Shown: piece after piece, positions 51,547 to 60,606 of the stretch
How the letters are laid out: each line of letters begins with the position of its first letter
How positions within the stretch are numbered: the stretch's first letter is position 1
Source of the DNA: a virus
Lineage: Duplodnaviria > Caudoviricetes
Length of the DNA stretch: 64,000 bases
Virus record (IMG/VR): IMGVR_UViG_3300021431_000124
Span: 3,107-67,106 of that record
Direction: 5' to 3' (one strand)
Program-made: the position numbers and the translations under genes
The notes under the pieces: model-generated
Told to the model about the DNA's origin: nothing
What the model saw: only the letters and a program-made list of their open reading frames with translations
The model's database searches: none

Positions 51547-54500
51547 TTATCCGATGCTATAACACATACCAGAACTTGAACTCATTCCACTTGTACAGAA
51601 TGTCTTGTCAGGCGGAACACTAACACTCATTTGTCTTTGCATATCCATGTGTGTCATCTTTATTCCAAGATTATTTATAACCTCTCTTATTTGCTCAACT
51701 GCTGTTCTATTTTGCTTTTCTGCGTTGCGGCGTTCCTTTTCAATTTTAGCTTGATCTGCTCTGTTGACTTGATCGCTTACATAACTTGCATTTGGCGTTG
51801 ACTGCAATGCTGGATCGTATGATGACATATTTGCATTGTTAGCATATATAGGCGTACCATCAGCGTTTAAACCAATTATATTTCGCTCGCTAGACGAATC
51901 AGGTTTCAAAAGACCTTTTTCAACATACCAAGATTCAGGCATGTTGTCTAAAAGATTCATAAGCATATGTTTGCCTTTATATGGCTTGTGAACGCCGACG
52001 CCATCTTTACCGTTTATTTTCATTGAGGTTGAATCAATTTTGCTGTCTTTATCAATGAATAGATTAACATGGCCATGATTGTCTGGATTTAAACCGTTTG
52101 GCGTTTTTCCTGTATTCGATGAGAAAACCAAGTCACCAGGTTTCGCTAGGCTTGACAGCGATGAATACTCAACTGAACTTGCCAACAGCACCTTATCCGA
52201 AGACCCTTTTCTTATCTCTGGAATAAACCCAGAAATTGTGTGCATTTCATCATGTGCATATCCCAGCGTTCTTAACATCTCCGCATAGTTCTTTTTACCA
52301 AGAACCCCCGCATAAGCCGCATTGACCAACTGATTGCAAACCAGACCTGCGGGCGCTAAAGCATACGGTGTACCCGTATATTTCTTTGCCTCATTTATAA
52401 TTGCAGCACGAATAGAACCAAGATTTGCTGCGTCTTTTATTGGTTCGCCTAATTTCGGTAAGCCCTCACCAATTAATTCTTCTGGCTGATTCGCATCAGT
52501 GGCAGCATCAGGATTCGCAATGACACTTGCATTCTTTAACAGACCGAACGCAGACATGACACTTCGCATGGCTGTTATGTCACGCATTGGATCAAGTTGA
52601 ATCATTAGAATACGCAAATCAAATAGCAACTCAGACATTTGCTCTTTTAACTTTGCAGAAGCTTCGTCTGGGTTGTTTGCATACAGACCATATTTTTCTT
52701 GTGCTTGTTGCAACAAGTACTGTGCGCGTGCCTGCTTTGCTGGGTCTGTCGGCAAAATAATTTCATCGTGACCTGCCTCGCCAACCGTAACTTGCTTACC
52801 ACCCGCTGTCGCCGCAACAATACCACCATTTGCATATTCAACAGGCTTATTATTTATAAGAATATGAGAATTACTTTCTTTGTTATGATCAAACAGCTCA
52901 TAATTAAATAGATTATAATTATTTGGATATCTTCTTGCACCAATATCAAGATTCTTCTTTAATAAGAAATAACTTCCTAAAACTAACATGTCTTTAGGAT
53001 TCCAAACAAAAGATTTGTCAACACCAAATAAATCATAGAAATTACCAACTTGATTGCCAAAACCTTTTTTATACAAAGCTTCCATTAGTTTAAAAATTTC
53101 AGACTCATTGACATCAGGATCAAGACCTAAAAATTTAGAAGCTGTTCTTCCTGTTGAATCATCTGATTCATTTATTAACGTAACTAAATCATTCAAAGAA
53201 GCATTGCCAACTGTATCTGTATATTTACCTTTTGAATTTTGTACTAATGTTATATCGCTTTTCTTCAAAAGATTTTGTATTTGTCTTTGAGTATTATTAT
53301 CCATGTAATCTAGTTTTGTTATTTCATCAATTCCTACAACTTTTCCACCTGTATTCATCACTTCACTGTTAGTGGCCTTATGTATTTGTAATTTTGCTCT
53401 TTCTTTCTCTGATACACCTTTTAAATTACTAATGTCACTCAAAGACATTTTATCAATATTTTTAATTGCATTTTTATATTCATCTGAAAAGCCACTAGCG
53501 CCTGATGCAATCTTCTTTCTATCTGTTGAAATATCTCCAAAACCTTCTCTAACAAATCTATATTTATCCAATATTTTTTCTTCATCAGAATATTCTGATT
53601 TTGTCATGTTTCGCCAAATACCTTTGACGCCTACAAGAATATCACCTAATAACATTCCTATATTATTTTTTAATGAATCTATTATCGGATCTATCAATAA
53701 TTCTTTAAATACATTAACGGCAGGCTCTATTGATTTCTTTATATTATCCATAAAAGATGACAGCTTTTCTTGATATTCTGGCGAATATGCTGATTTTAAG
53801 CCTACATCTAACAATCCACTAAACAAACCAGACAGTCCACCGCCTGACAATGCTTTGTCTAATCCTAAATCTTGAGCATCTGATAACGTTTCCGAAATTT
53901 GAATCTGATCTTTAACTAATTTTTCTGATTTGTCTGAGGCAATCAATATTTTCTCAGCAAGTTCTTTATCACTATCAGATAAATTACTAAACTTTTCTAT
54001 TGCTTCTTGATTTCCATCAGAATAATCTTTTATCAAATTATATAGTTCTTTAGCATTTTGTTTTTGTTCTTTAGTTTCAAGGCTTTCTTCTCTTATTATT
54101 TTTTCTAAAGTATTAAATTCCTTTAAAGCCTCAAGTTGAATTTCACCTGCTTTTGTAAAAGATTTATCTTTATTTCTTATCCCTTCTGCGCTTAATATAG
54201 AAATCCTTGTTCTAATTTCTTCATTTATTTTAGATCCAGAACTAAGCAAGACATCGTTTATTTCTGAAAAATCTTTATTTTGTGCATCTGTTATCTTCTT
54301 TATAGAATCATCATCTATTTTTAATCCACCTTGTTTCGACAATACATTCAAAGATTGTGCATCAAATCCCAAATCTTCCATCATACGCTTTAACGCTGGG
54401 ATTTCGTTATATGCACCGCTCTGAACAACTCTATTCATAAAGTCCAAACGGTCTTTATCAGAACCACTGGACAAAATCTTTTTAACCTGATTTGCATCAA

Positions 54501-55911
54501 GACCAATAAGCTGACTAAGATTTACATTCTTATCATCCAAAATATTCGTCACAAAATCCTGCGACATCAATGTTTTTTGTAATGCTGTAAATGCTTTTAT
54601 TTCCTCAACACCCAATTCCTTATTTGAAGACAATACTTTAGCAACAAAAATCTGATTCTTTTCATTAGCCCTAATGGATTGCTCATAAGTCATCCCAAGT
54701 TTATGAGCTTCTTCTGCTGTCATTATCGCAGCATCCATTCCTTTTTGTATTCTTAGATCTTGTCTGCTTCTTATGCCCGCAAGCTGAGTTTCTGTTTTTA
54801 TCATCTCCTCCATCAGCTTTTCATTACCACCAGCAATTTCTTCTATTTCATCAATCTTATCAGCAGCACCTGCATTTATTAGCTGCGCATATGCTTTAAA
54901 ATGCTTTTCATATACGTCTTGCTCCATCCCTGCTAAGTCATCACCAAAACGCCTCAATAATTTTGACGTAATAGTATCAACGTTTTTAGATGTTCTCGAT
55001 ATATCAAGTTCACCAGTTTGTGCTAATCTTGAAACAGCTAAATTTGATTTTCCCAAAGCACCAGACGCTTCCAAATAGCTTCTATTAAATTCTTGAGCCA
55101 GACCTTCCGCACGTTTTTTCTGGTCTGCCATCATATCAAAAATGCTATTTTTTAAACCACTAAGGCCATCTGTTATTGATTTAAGACCAGCACTTAATGT
55201 CTCTTTTACGCCATCAATAGACTTATCCAACGCTTTTCCTAGCATATCGCCCATTGCTTCTGCCATCCAAGCACTTGGATTGTTTTTGAAATCATGAAAT
55301 TCAGATGATAATTTTTTGATATTGCCAGTTAGACTTTTCCAATAATTACTTTCAAGCCTAAATCTCTTTGTATCTTTCAACAGGCTTTGAAGTCTGGCTT
55401 GAGCATTTTCTTTTTGCATATCCTCTGTCAAGCTATATAACTTGTCAGATGTCTTTGCATTTTCGGCAGACGACGCAGCAAGTTCACTAAGACCTTTTAT
55501 AATATCCTGATTCATTGCCTTGTTTGAAGACAAAGCACTTTCTTGGATTTTTTGTAAAGTTTCTTGAGCGGACTTTGAATCCAAAGATTCTTCTAATATT
55601 TTCGTTAGCGTCTTTGACTGAACATTTGAATTTTCAGCCATTCGCTTCAAATAATTTTCATTTTTTACAGCATCAGCTTTTCTATTCTTTTCGCTTGCTT
55701 TTATTTCTTTTACTACTTCATTCTTTTTTTCTGCCTGCTGCTGTGTTTTTACATAATTATTATAATTGCTTGTAAACCTAGCAACCGCATCAGCTATTCT
55801 AGCAAGCTTGTCATCATCAATAGAACTAAGATGATCTGCTACAAAACTATTAAAAGATTCTTCATTACTTTTTGCCATGATATTTTCCTTGACTTGTTTA
55901 TTTTCAAGCAT
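51547..55911 (-). CDS. Tape measure protein with C-terminal NlpC/P60 peptidase domain
   Basis: 1454 aa, helical; VGEAGHDEIILP; AKKYTGTPY...LVCNQLV...PGDLVF...HGHV. Confidence 0.82.
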   Translation of the reverse strand: MLENKQVKENIMAKSNEESFNSFVADHLSSIDDDKLARIADAVARFTSNYNNYVKTQQQAEKKNEVVKEIKASEKNRKADAVKNENYLKRMAENSNVQSKTLTKILEESLDSKSAQETLQKIQESALSSNKAMNQDIIKGLSELAASSAENAKTSDKLYSLTEDMQKENAQARLQSLLKDTKRFRLESNYWKSLTGNIKKLSSEFHDFKNNPSAWMAEAMGDMLGKALDKSIDGVKETLSAGLKSITDGLSGLKNSIFDMMADQKKRAEGLAQEFNRSYLEASGALGKSNLAVSRLAQTGELDISRTSKNVDTITSKLLRRFGDDLAGMEQDVYEKHFKAYAQLINAGAADKIDEIEEIAGGNEKLMEEMIKTETQLAGIRSRQDLRIQKGMDAAIMTAEEAHKLGMTYEQSIRANEKNQIFVAKVLSSNKELGVEEIKAFTALQKTLMSQDFVTNILDDKNVNLSQLIGLDANQVKKILSSGSDKDRLDFMNRVVQSGAYNEIPALKRMMEDLGFDAQSLNVLSKQGGLKIDDDSIKKITDAQNKDFSEINDVLLSSGSKINEEIRTRISILSAEGIRNKDKSFTKAGEIQLEALKEFNTLEKIIREESLETKEQKQNAKELYNLIKDYSDGNQEAIEKFSNLSDSDKELAEKILIASDKSEKLVKDQIQISETLSDAQDLGLDKALSGGGLSGLFSGLLDVGLKSAYSPEYQEKLSSFMDNIKKSIEPAVNVFKELLIDPIIDSLKNNIGMLLGDILVGVKGIWRNMTKSEYSDEEKILDKYRFVREGFGDISTDRKKIASGASGFSDEYKNAIKNIDKMSLSDISNLKGVSEKERAKLQIHKATNSEVMNTGGKVVGIDEITKLDYMDNNTQRQIQNLLKKSDITLVQNSKGKYTDTVGNASLNDLVTLINESDDSTGRTASKFLGLDPDVNESEIFKLMEALYKKGFGNQVGNFYDLFGVDKSFVWNPKDMLVLGSYFLLKKNLDIGARRYPNNYNLFNYELFDHNKESNSHILINNKPVEYANGGIVAATAGGKQVTVGEAGHDEIILPTDPAKQARAQYLLQQAQEKYGLYANNPDEASAKLKEQMSELLFDLRILMIQLDPMRDITAMRSVMSAFGLLKNASVIANPDAATDANQPEELIGEGLPKLGEPIKDAANLGSIRAAIINEAKKYTGTPYALAPAGLVCNQLVNAAYAGVLGKKNYAEMLRTLGYAHDEMHTISGFIPEIRKGSSDKVLLASSVEYSSLSSLAKPGDLVFSSNTGKTPNGLNPDNHGHVNLFIDKDSKIDSTSMKINGKDGVGVHKPYKGKHMLMNLLDNMPESWYVEKGLLKPDSSSERNIIGLNADGTPIYANNANMSSYDPALQSTPNASYVSDQVNRADQAKIEKERRNAEKQNRTAVEQIREVINNLGIKMTHMDMQRQMSVSVPPDKTFCTSGMSSSSGMCYSIG

Positions 55912-55984
55912 ATAAAATGAATAAAATACTATCTAATAGTTAGATAGATTTTTCAACAAACAATATAATCTTGAGGTAATTGCA

Positions 55985-56797
55985 ATGCCAGAAAACAAAA
56001 CAGTGTTAAATGAAGAAGTATTCCTGCCATCCAGAGGTATCATATATCCACCAGAATATCATGTACCAGAATCATTGGTTGTTTGTCCATTTAAAACAAA
56101 AGACATGAAAGGTCTGTTCGGTAGTAATTCTGCATCTGCCATTAACACATTAATAAAGAATTGCATTGTCGGTGAATTTAACATGGACTGCAAAGATTTG
56201 CATGTCGAAGACCGCACTGCTTTGTTTACACGAATCAGAGCAATCACACTCGGTTCTCAATATGTAACAAAACGAGAATGTAGTTCTTGTCACAAACAAT
56301 TTGATGTCACATGGGATTTAAACAATATCGAATGCACTTACTTAGATTTGGATGAATACCCAATACCAATTATTCTACCAGACTCAGGAAAACGTGTCGC
56401 CGTCGGTGTCGTGCTTCCAAATGAATTAAGAGATGCACAAGATCTCGTTGAAAAGCGTAAAAAAAGATTTGCTGAAATAGATGAAAATTCAGAATTATTA
56501 TTCTATTACTTTGCTTGCATGATTAAACGCATTGATAATATCATCCCATCACTTGAATCTAAAATAGAATTTGTGTTGGGATGCTCACCAGATGACTATG
56601 GCTATCTACAATTAATTGACCAAAGCATTGAGTTTGGAATTGACAATAAACAAATTGTGAAATGCCCTCATTGCAGAACTGAACACACTTCTATTTTAAC
56701 GCCAACAGAACAATTTTTTCGGAAGCCACATGAACTCCCCGCAGGGATTAGAGTATCGAAGGGCGTACTTGGACGCAATCCAGCAGAAACAATTTGA
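55985..56797 (+). CDS. Baseplate hub/tail assembly chaperone (T4 gp26-like)
   Basis: LPSRG..YP, DRTALF..IRAITLGSQY, CSSC and CPHC motifs. Confidence 0.72.
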   Translation: MPENKTVLNEEVFLPSRGIIYPPEYHVPESLVVCPFKTKDMKGLFGSNSASAINTLIKNCIVGEFNMDCKDLHVEDRTALFTRIRAITLGSQYVTKRECSSCHKQFDVTWDLNNIECTYLDLDEYPIPIILPDSGKRVAVGVVLPNELRDAQDLVEKRKKRFAEIDENSELLFYYFACMIKRIDNIIPSLESKIEFVLGCSPDDYGYLQLIDQSIEFGIDNKQIVKCPHCRTEHTSILTPTEQFFRKPHELPAGIRVSKGVLGRNPAETI

Positions 56798-56987
56798 GTT
56801 GGCTTATTATGCACACACGTCTCTGGCTGACACAGACGAATTATTCCCATTTGAGTTAGATGCCTTTTATGATAAACTTGGTAAGCGCAAAAAAGATGAG
56901 GCAGATGCACGAGAAGCTGCGTTAAAAGAACGCAGCAAGCAAAGCAGCGCGAACCACAAACCTAAACCGCCTCGACGACGGCGATAA
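56730..56987 (+). CDS. Short tail assembly protein (gp51-like or frameshift extension)
   Basis: QFELAYYAHTSLADTDEL.PFELDAFY pattern; overlaps upstream gene by 68 nt. Confidence 0.55.
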   Translation: MNSPQGLEYRRAYLDAIQQKQFELAYYAHTSLADTDELFPFELDAFYDKLGKRKKDEADAREAALKERSKQSSANHKPKPPRRRR

Positions 56988-57007
56988 ATTTAAAGGATCT
57001 TATTTTT

Positions 57008-57178
57008 ATGTCAAAATTCAAAATCAAAGGTCACGATTGCTATCTGGATAATTATGATTTAGATGATATCAGGGAATCTACAAGATCTGATGCCAAACAA
57101 AAAAAACAAAAGAAAAATCGAAATCGTGAAAATGAATTTTTTTCTAATTATGATCAGAAATCAAAAAAATCTTATTAG
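57008..57178 (+). CDS. Small basic hypothetical protein (56 aa)
   Basis: Manually read MSKFKIKGHDCYLDNY...; AGGA upstream. Confidence 0.45.
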   Translation: MSKFKIKGHDCYLDNYDLDDIRESTRSDAKQKKQKKNRNRENEFFSNYDQKSKKSY

Positions 57179-57204
57179 CAAAGATACAGAAGCCAGCTAA
57201 ATAG

Positions 57205-59139
57205 TTGGCTTCTTTTTTTCAGAGAAAAGCAATGGCAGAAGAACCAAAAAAGAATCCATTAGAAGATGGAAAAGTAGGCACGGGCGGTAATACAAATGTA
57301 ACCAATTTCGCATATATAAATGTCAGTATTGGTGAAGTCCAAATAACAAATATTCCTTTAAATGATAAAGAATATAGTGAACAAGGTATAAAGCATCATG
57401 CTTTGCATGACAGTGGATTCAACAGCTATATAAAATCATTCACATGCAAGCGACAAGTACCTAAACAGGTAAACAGTCATAAGGGATTCTGGCAAGCGTC
57501 TGGTGGTGCTACTGAATGCAATCTGACTATATTTGATCCTACTTTTGTTCAATTTGAAAATCTCATAATGGAATCTGTAAAAAATCAGAAAGTTCACTGC
57601 CTCGTAACTTATGGTATTTCAAAAGGCGGCGGCGGAAAACAACCACCACCATTCAAAATGCACTGCTTTATAAATGAAGCAACAGAAAACATAACAAACG
57701 CTGGCGTCGAATGGTCTTTAAAGATGAGTCCAGTCCCACCACAATGGTTTGATGATTTCCCAGAAGCAAGGGATAAAGATGGAAACGACGTTAAAGAAAC
57801 TGTATATATTTTAGGAAAAGACAACGACAACAAAAACAAATTCAATACTGTGTCAGGTCTTGTTAAAAATTTATTGGAAAAAGAACACTGGCAAGGAATA
57901 GTTGTTACAACAGAAGAACTAACAAAAACACAAAAATTCCCAACAAAAGACTATTCAAATGTTGTTGATTTTATAAATAGAAAACTTTGTTCTATCGCAA
58001 AATGCAAAAATGAAGAATTTGCGGCATCACCTTATCAACTTGTTTATCAATTAGATGGTTCTGTTTTCTTTATGCCTGTTCCTATGACAAGAAAAGATGC
58101 AATCCATCTACTTGAAGATGGAAAAGCCGAAGCATTCGGGAACTACAAAGCGCAGCAAGACACAGCAGAAGATATGGGAAACAAAGAAACCATTGAATCA
58201 TTAAACATGCAGGAATACATGTCCGAAGACAATGGAGCGCTCGTTCTCAAATACGGATTCAAAAATAGCATTGTGCAATCAATGTCTATCAACTTTGATT
58301 CTCGATCTTTTATTTCACAGTTTTACTTCACATTTATATGGTATGACGAGAACAAAAAAGAGCATACACTTGAATTTCCTAAAGTTCCAAAAGATAAAGA
58401 TAAACAAGACCAGAACGCGAAAGTAATAAAACGTAAAATTCCACTTTATGCACATACTGAGGATGATGCAAAACAAGAAGCTCAAATGATAACGAGAAAG
58501 TTACATATCACAAACTATCAGGGGTCGGCAACGTTGATAAATTGGCCATATATAGGGTTGTGCCAGATTGTTAAATTTGAATATCTGATACCTGGTGGCG
58601 CAAAGCAATCTAAAACCGAATCAAACATCAACAAATCCGAAACCGATCTTCAAATCTGGGACGTGAATACCCCAAACGAGAAAGTCAACGTAAACGTCGA
58701 AGCCTACAATGCTTGGTGGAACAAACACGGTGATAAAAGCACACCAAATTCAGAACGCGCTGCAAAAGCTAAAGGCACAAACACAAATCCAGACCAAATC
58801 TCAGATATTTCAGCAACTGAAAAACAAAAATGGCAGGCTATTGTTGCGTCTAAAGAATATCAGGATGAACTTGACAGGGTTAAACTCAAATACAATAGCA
58901 ACGTTTCACTTGCTGGTAATTGGGAAAATTCAAGCACAAGTGACGGAAATCATTTCAACTCAAACATTGGTGTTCCTGCATCACTATCTAGCTGGACTGA
59001 TTCACACAAATCATCCGTCGGATATTATGTACAATCCATCACAGATACAATAAAAGGTGGCCTGCTTACGAGCGAACTTGAACTTATTGGATGGATTAAA
59101 TATGATAATCCGCAACTCGAAGCGGCACTCAAGAAATAA
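57205..59139 (+). CDS. Putative baseplate hub/tail protein (gp27/gpD-like)
   Basis: 644-aa ORF; LTIFDP, GYYVQSITDTIKGGLLTSELEL C-terminal pattern; likely start near 57230. Confidence 0.55.
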   Translation: MASFFQRKAMAEEPKKNPLEDGKVGTGGNTNVTNFAYINVSIGEVQITNIPLNDKEYSEQGIKHHALHDSGFNSYIKSFTCKRQVPKQVNSHKGFWQASGGATECNLTIFDPTFVQFENLIMESVKNQKVHCLVTYGISKGGGGKQPPPFKMHCFINEATENITNAGVEWSLKMSPVPPQWFDDFPEARDKDGNDVKETVYILGKDNDNKNKFNTVSGLVKNLLEKEHWQGIVVTTEELTKTQKFPTKDYSNVVDFINRKLCSIAKCKNEEFAASPYQLVYQLDGSVFFMPVPMTRKDAIHLLEDGKAEAFGNYKAQQDTAEDMGNKETIESLNMQEYMSEDNGALVLKYGFKNSIVQSMSINFDSRSFISQFYFTFIWYDENKKEHTLEFPKVPKDKDKQDQNAKVIKRKIPLYAHTEDDAKQEAQMITRKLHITNYQGSATLINWPYIGLCQIVKFEYLIPGGAKQSKTESNINKSETDLQIWDVNTPNEKVNVNVEAYNAWWNKHGDKSTPNSERAAKAKGTNTNPDQISDISATEKQKWQAIVASKEYQDELDRVKLKYNSNVSLAGNWENSSTSDGNHFNSNIGVPASLSSWTDSHKSSVGYYVQSITDTIKGGLLTSELELIGWIKYDNPQLEAALKK

Positions 59140-59140
59140 C

Positions 59141-59175
59141 AAAAAGCCTAGCACGAGCGCTAGGCTTTTCTTTTC
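59141..59175. terminator. Bidirectional terminator closing the RNA cluster
   Basis: AAAAGCCTAGC / GCTAGGCTTTT. Confidence 0.72.
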
Positions 59176-59271
59176 GTCTCAAAAGACAAAATTGTTCAAA
59201 AGCAAATGGCAAAGCCGCACATGTGTTTTATGCTCAAAAGCAAATCACCCGCACATGCAGTTTCGCCATTA

Positions 59272-59349
59272 TCGTGCTGGCAGGAATCGAACCTGCTATC
59301 AATGTTAATTGCAAATCACATTGACACTAAGTACTTAGCTAAAGCACCA
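59272..59349 (-). ncRNA. tRNA-like RNA with elongated anticodon arm
   Basis: T arm GCAGG-TTCGATT-CCTGC, acceptor TGGTGCT/AGCACGA (one mismatch), arm TCAATGT...ACATTGA. Confidence 0.65.
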
Positions 59350-59369
59350 AACTTTATCAGCACACGAAA

Positions 59370-59448
59370 TGGAGAGACAGAGCTGGGGTCGGCAAGCCGA
59401 TCATACTCTGTTTGTAACAAGCAGAGTTTAATTCTGTTTGTTCTCTCC
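59370..59448 (-). ncRNA. tRNA-sized RNA closed by Ser-like acceptor stem, no T-loop
   Basis: GGAGAGA/TCTCTCC-A with internal CTCTG/CAGAG and TCGGC/GCCGA hairpins. Confidence 0.4.
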
Positions 59449-59450
59449 AA

Positions 59451-59765
59451 TACCAGTGATGAGACTCGAACTCATACTCTCATTAAAGAGAAGCGGATTT
59501 TCTTACTACTCTAAGTTTCCATAGCCCCTTATTATAAGGGTTGTAGTCTGGAACATGTCTTAACCATGCACTATTAAGTGTTTAGGTTGTGGGTGTATGT
59601 TCTCTACACGTTTACAGAATATTAAATTCTGATTTAGCTCGGCGTTATCTTCAACTTTACTTGCTAAGACTTTCACCGAATTAGCCCACATCCCATACAA
59701 AGTTTCCTATTGTATGGCTCAAATAACCAAAAGTCCGCTGTGACTACCAATTCCACCACACTGGC
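59451..59765 (-). tRNA. trnL: tRNA-Leu(UAA) interrupted by group I intron; exons 59765-59731 and 59501-59451
   Basis: Spliced anticodon arm GCGGA-CTT|AAAA-TCCGC, acceptor GCCAGTG/CACTGGT, long variable arm, TTCGAGT loop. Confidence 0.9.
59502..59730 (-). mobile_element. Group I intron (229 nt, no ORF)
   Basis: Follows U34, ends in G; P3 GTGGG/CCCAC, P7 GAACAT/ATGTTC, P/Q elements AATTCGGTGAAA / AACGCCGAGC. Confidence 0.88.
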
Positions 59766-59836
59766 AAAAGTAACTAAGTTGTCTGGTCTTAGTTACTTAT
59801 TACAATCCGCAATTACTTATAGGAGATCTCAGTACT

Positions 59837-59985
59837 TTGAACTACCAACGGACTAAAGACCGTTGGATTCTTCGGAGTCCTCACGAATCTTCCTTTCTGA
59901 TTCAACGAATACTCAGCTATGCCTCTTTTCGGCATAGCGTCCATACCCTCCACAGACCTAAGTTCCCGTAGTTCCTACGGTACTT
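59837..59985 (-). ncRNA. Stand-alone omegaRNA-like scaffold, copy 1 (putative guide AGTACTGAGATCTCC...)
   Basis: ACCGTAGGAACTACGGG 5' hairpin to CCAACGGTCTTTAGTCCGTTGG-TAGTTCAA right-end signature; no tnpB ORF or left end. Confidence 0.75.
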
Positions 59986-60110
59986 TTTTAACCTAAACTA
60001 TGTTAAGTTAAATTTAAATAAGAATTAAACTTGGTTATCGTTTAATTCTGAATCTTATTTACACTAAATAAGATATTGAATCAACCAAAAAGATTTTTAT
60101 TTTTATCTTT

Positions 60111-60226
60111 TTCATCCCACGGACTAAAGCCCATGGGTTTTCTATCAACTATAAATAATTCGATTGCTTGAAGGGAGTGTTCACGATGCTCCCCTTCCAC
60201 GCAACGTTTCCCTACCAGACATAGGG
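60111..60226 (-). ncRNA. Possible third, divergent omegaRNA-like/IS-end element
   Basis: GCGTGGAAGGG...CCCTTCAAGC followed by CCCATGGGCTTTAGTCCGTGGG hairpin. Confidence 0.45.
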
Positions 60227-60229
60227 AAA

Positions 60230-60315
60230 TGTCATACTCAGGACTCGAACCTGAATCTCCCAACAGAGGTGATCAATCCTTACTGCGGGCGTTTACCCTA
60301 CTAAACTTGTATGAC
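60230..60315 (-). ncRNA. tRNA-like RNA with extended bulged anticodon arm (GAT in apical loop)
   Basis: Perfect acceptor GTCATAC/GTATGAC-A, D arm GTTT/AAAC, T arm TCAGG-TTCGAGT-CCTGA. Confidence 0.7.
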
Positions 60316-60319
60316 TTAA

Positions 60320-60406
60320 TGGACGTGACAGGACTCGAACCTATTTCTCCGAATATATTTCTATATTCCTCGCGAGAGTTGTTTTACCATATTAAACTAC
60401 ACGCCC
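60320..60406 (-). ncRNA. tRNA-like RNA with GAAA-capped hairpin in place of anticodon loop
   Basis: Acceptor GGGCGTG/CACGTCC-A, T arm ATAGG-TTCGAGT-CCTGT, hairpin GAATATA-GAAA-TATATTC. Confidence 0.7.
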
Positions 60407-60408
60407 TA

Positions 60409-60528
60409 TGCCGTGTTTGGGAATCGAACCCAAAGTCTGCATCACATCTCCGTATCTTTAGGTATAACTTCACTAAATTGTTTAACCGAAGAATCTTGAC
60501 CCGTTACGACCAACTGAACTTTCACGGC
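60409..60528 (-). ncRNA. tRNA-like RNA with ~68-nt central region
   Basis: Acceptor GCCGTG/CACGGC-A, D-loop AGTTGGT, T arm TTGGG-TTCGATT-CCCAA. Confidence 0.65.
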
Positions 60529-60606
60529 TTAATGCCTGTTTAACGACACAGGCTATCGGGGTTATTTAGTCCTCGAAAACTCGAACATGTCGTATCCCAA
60601 CGGCAA

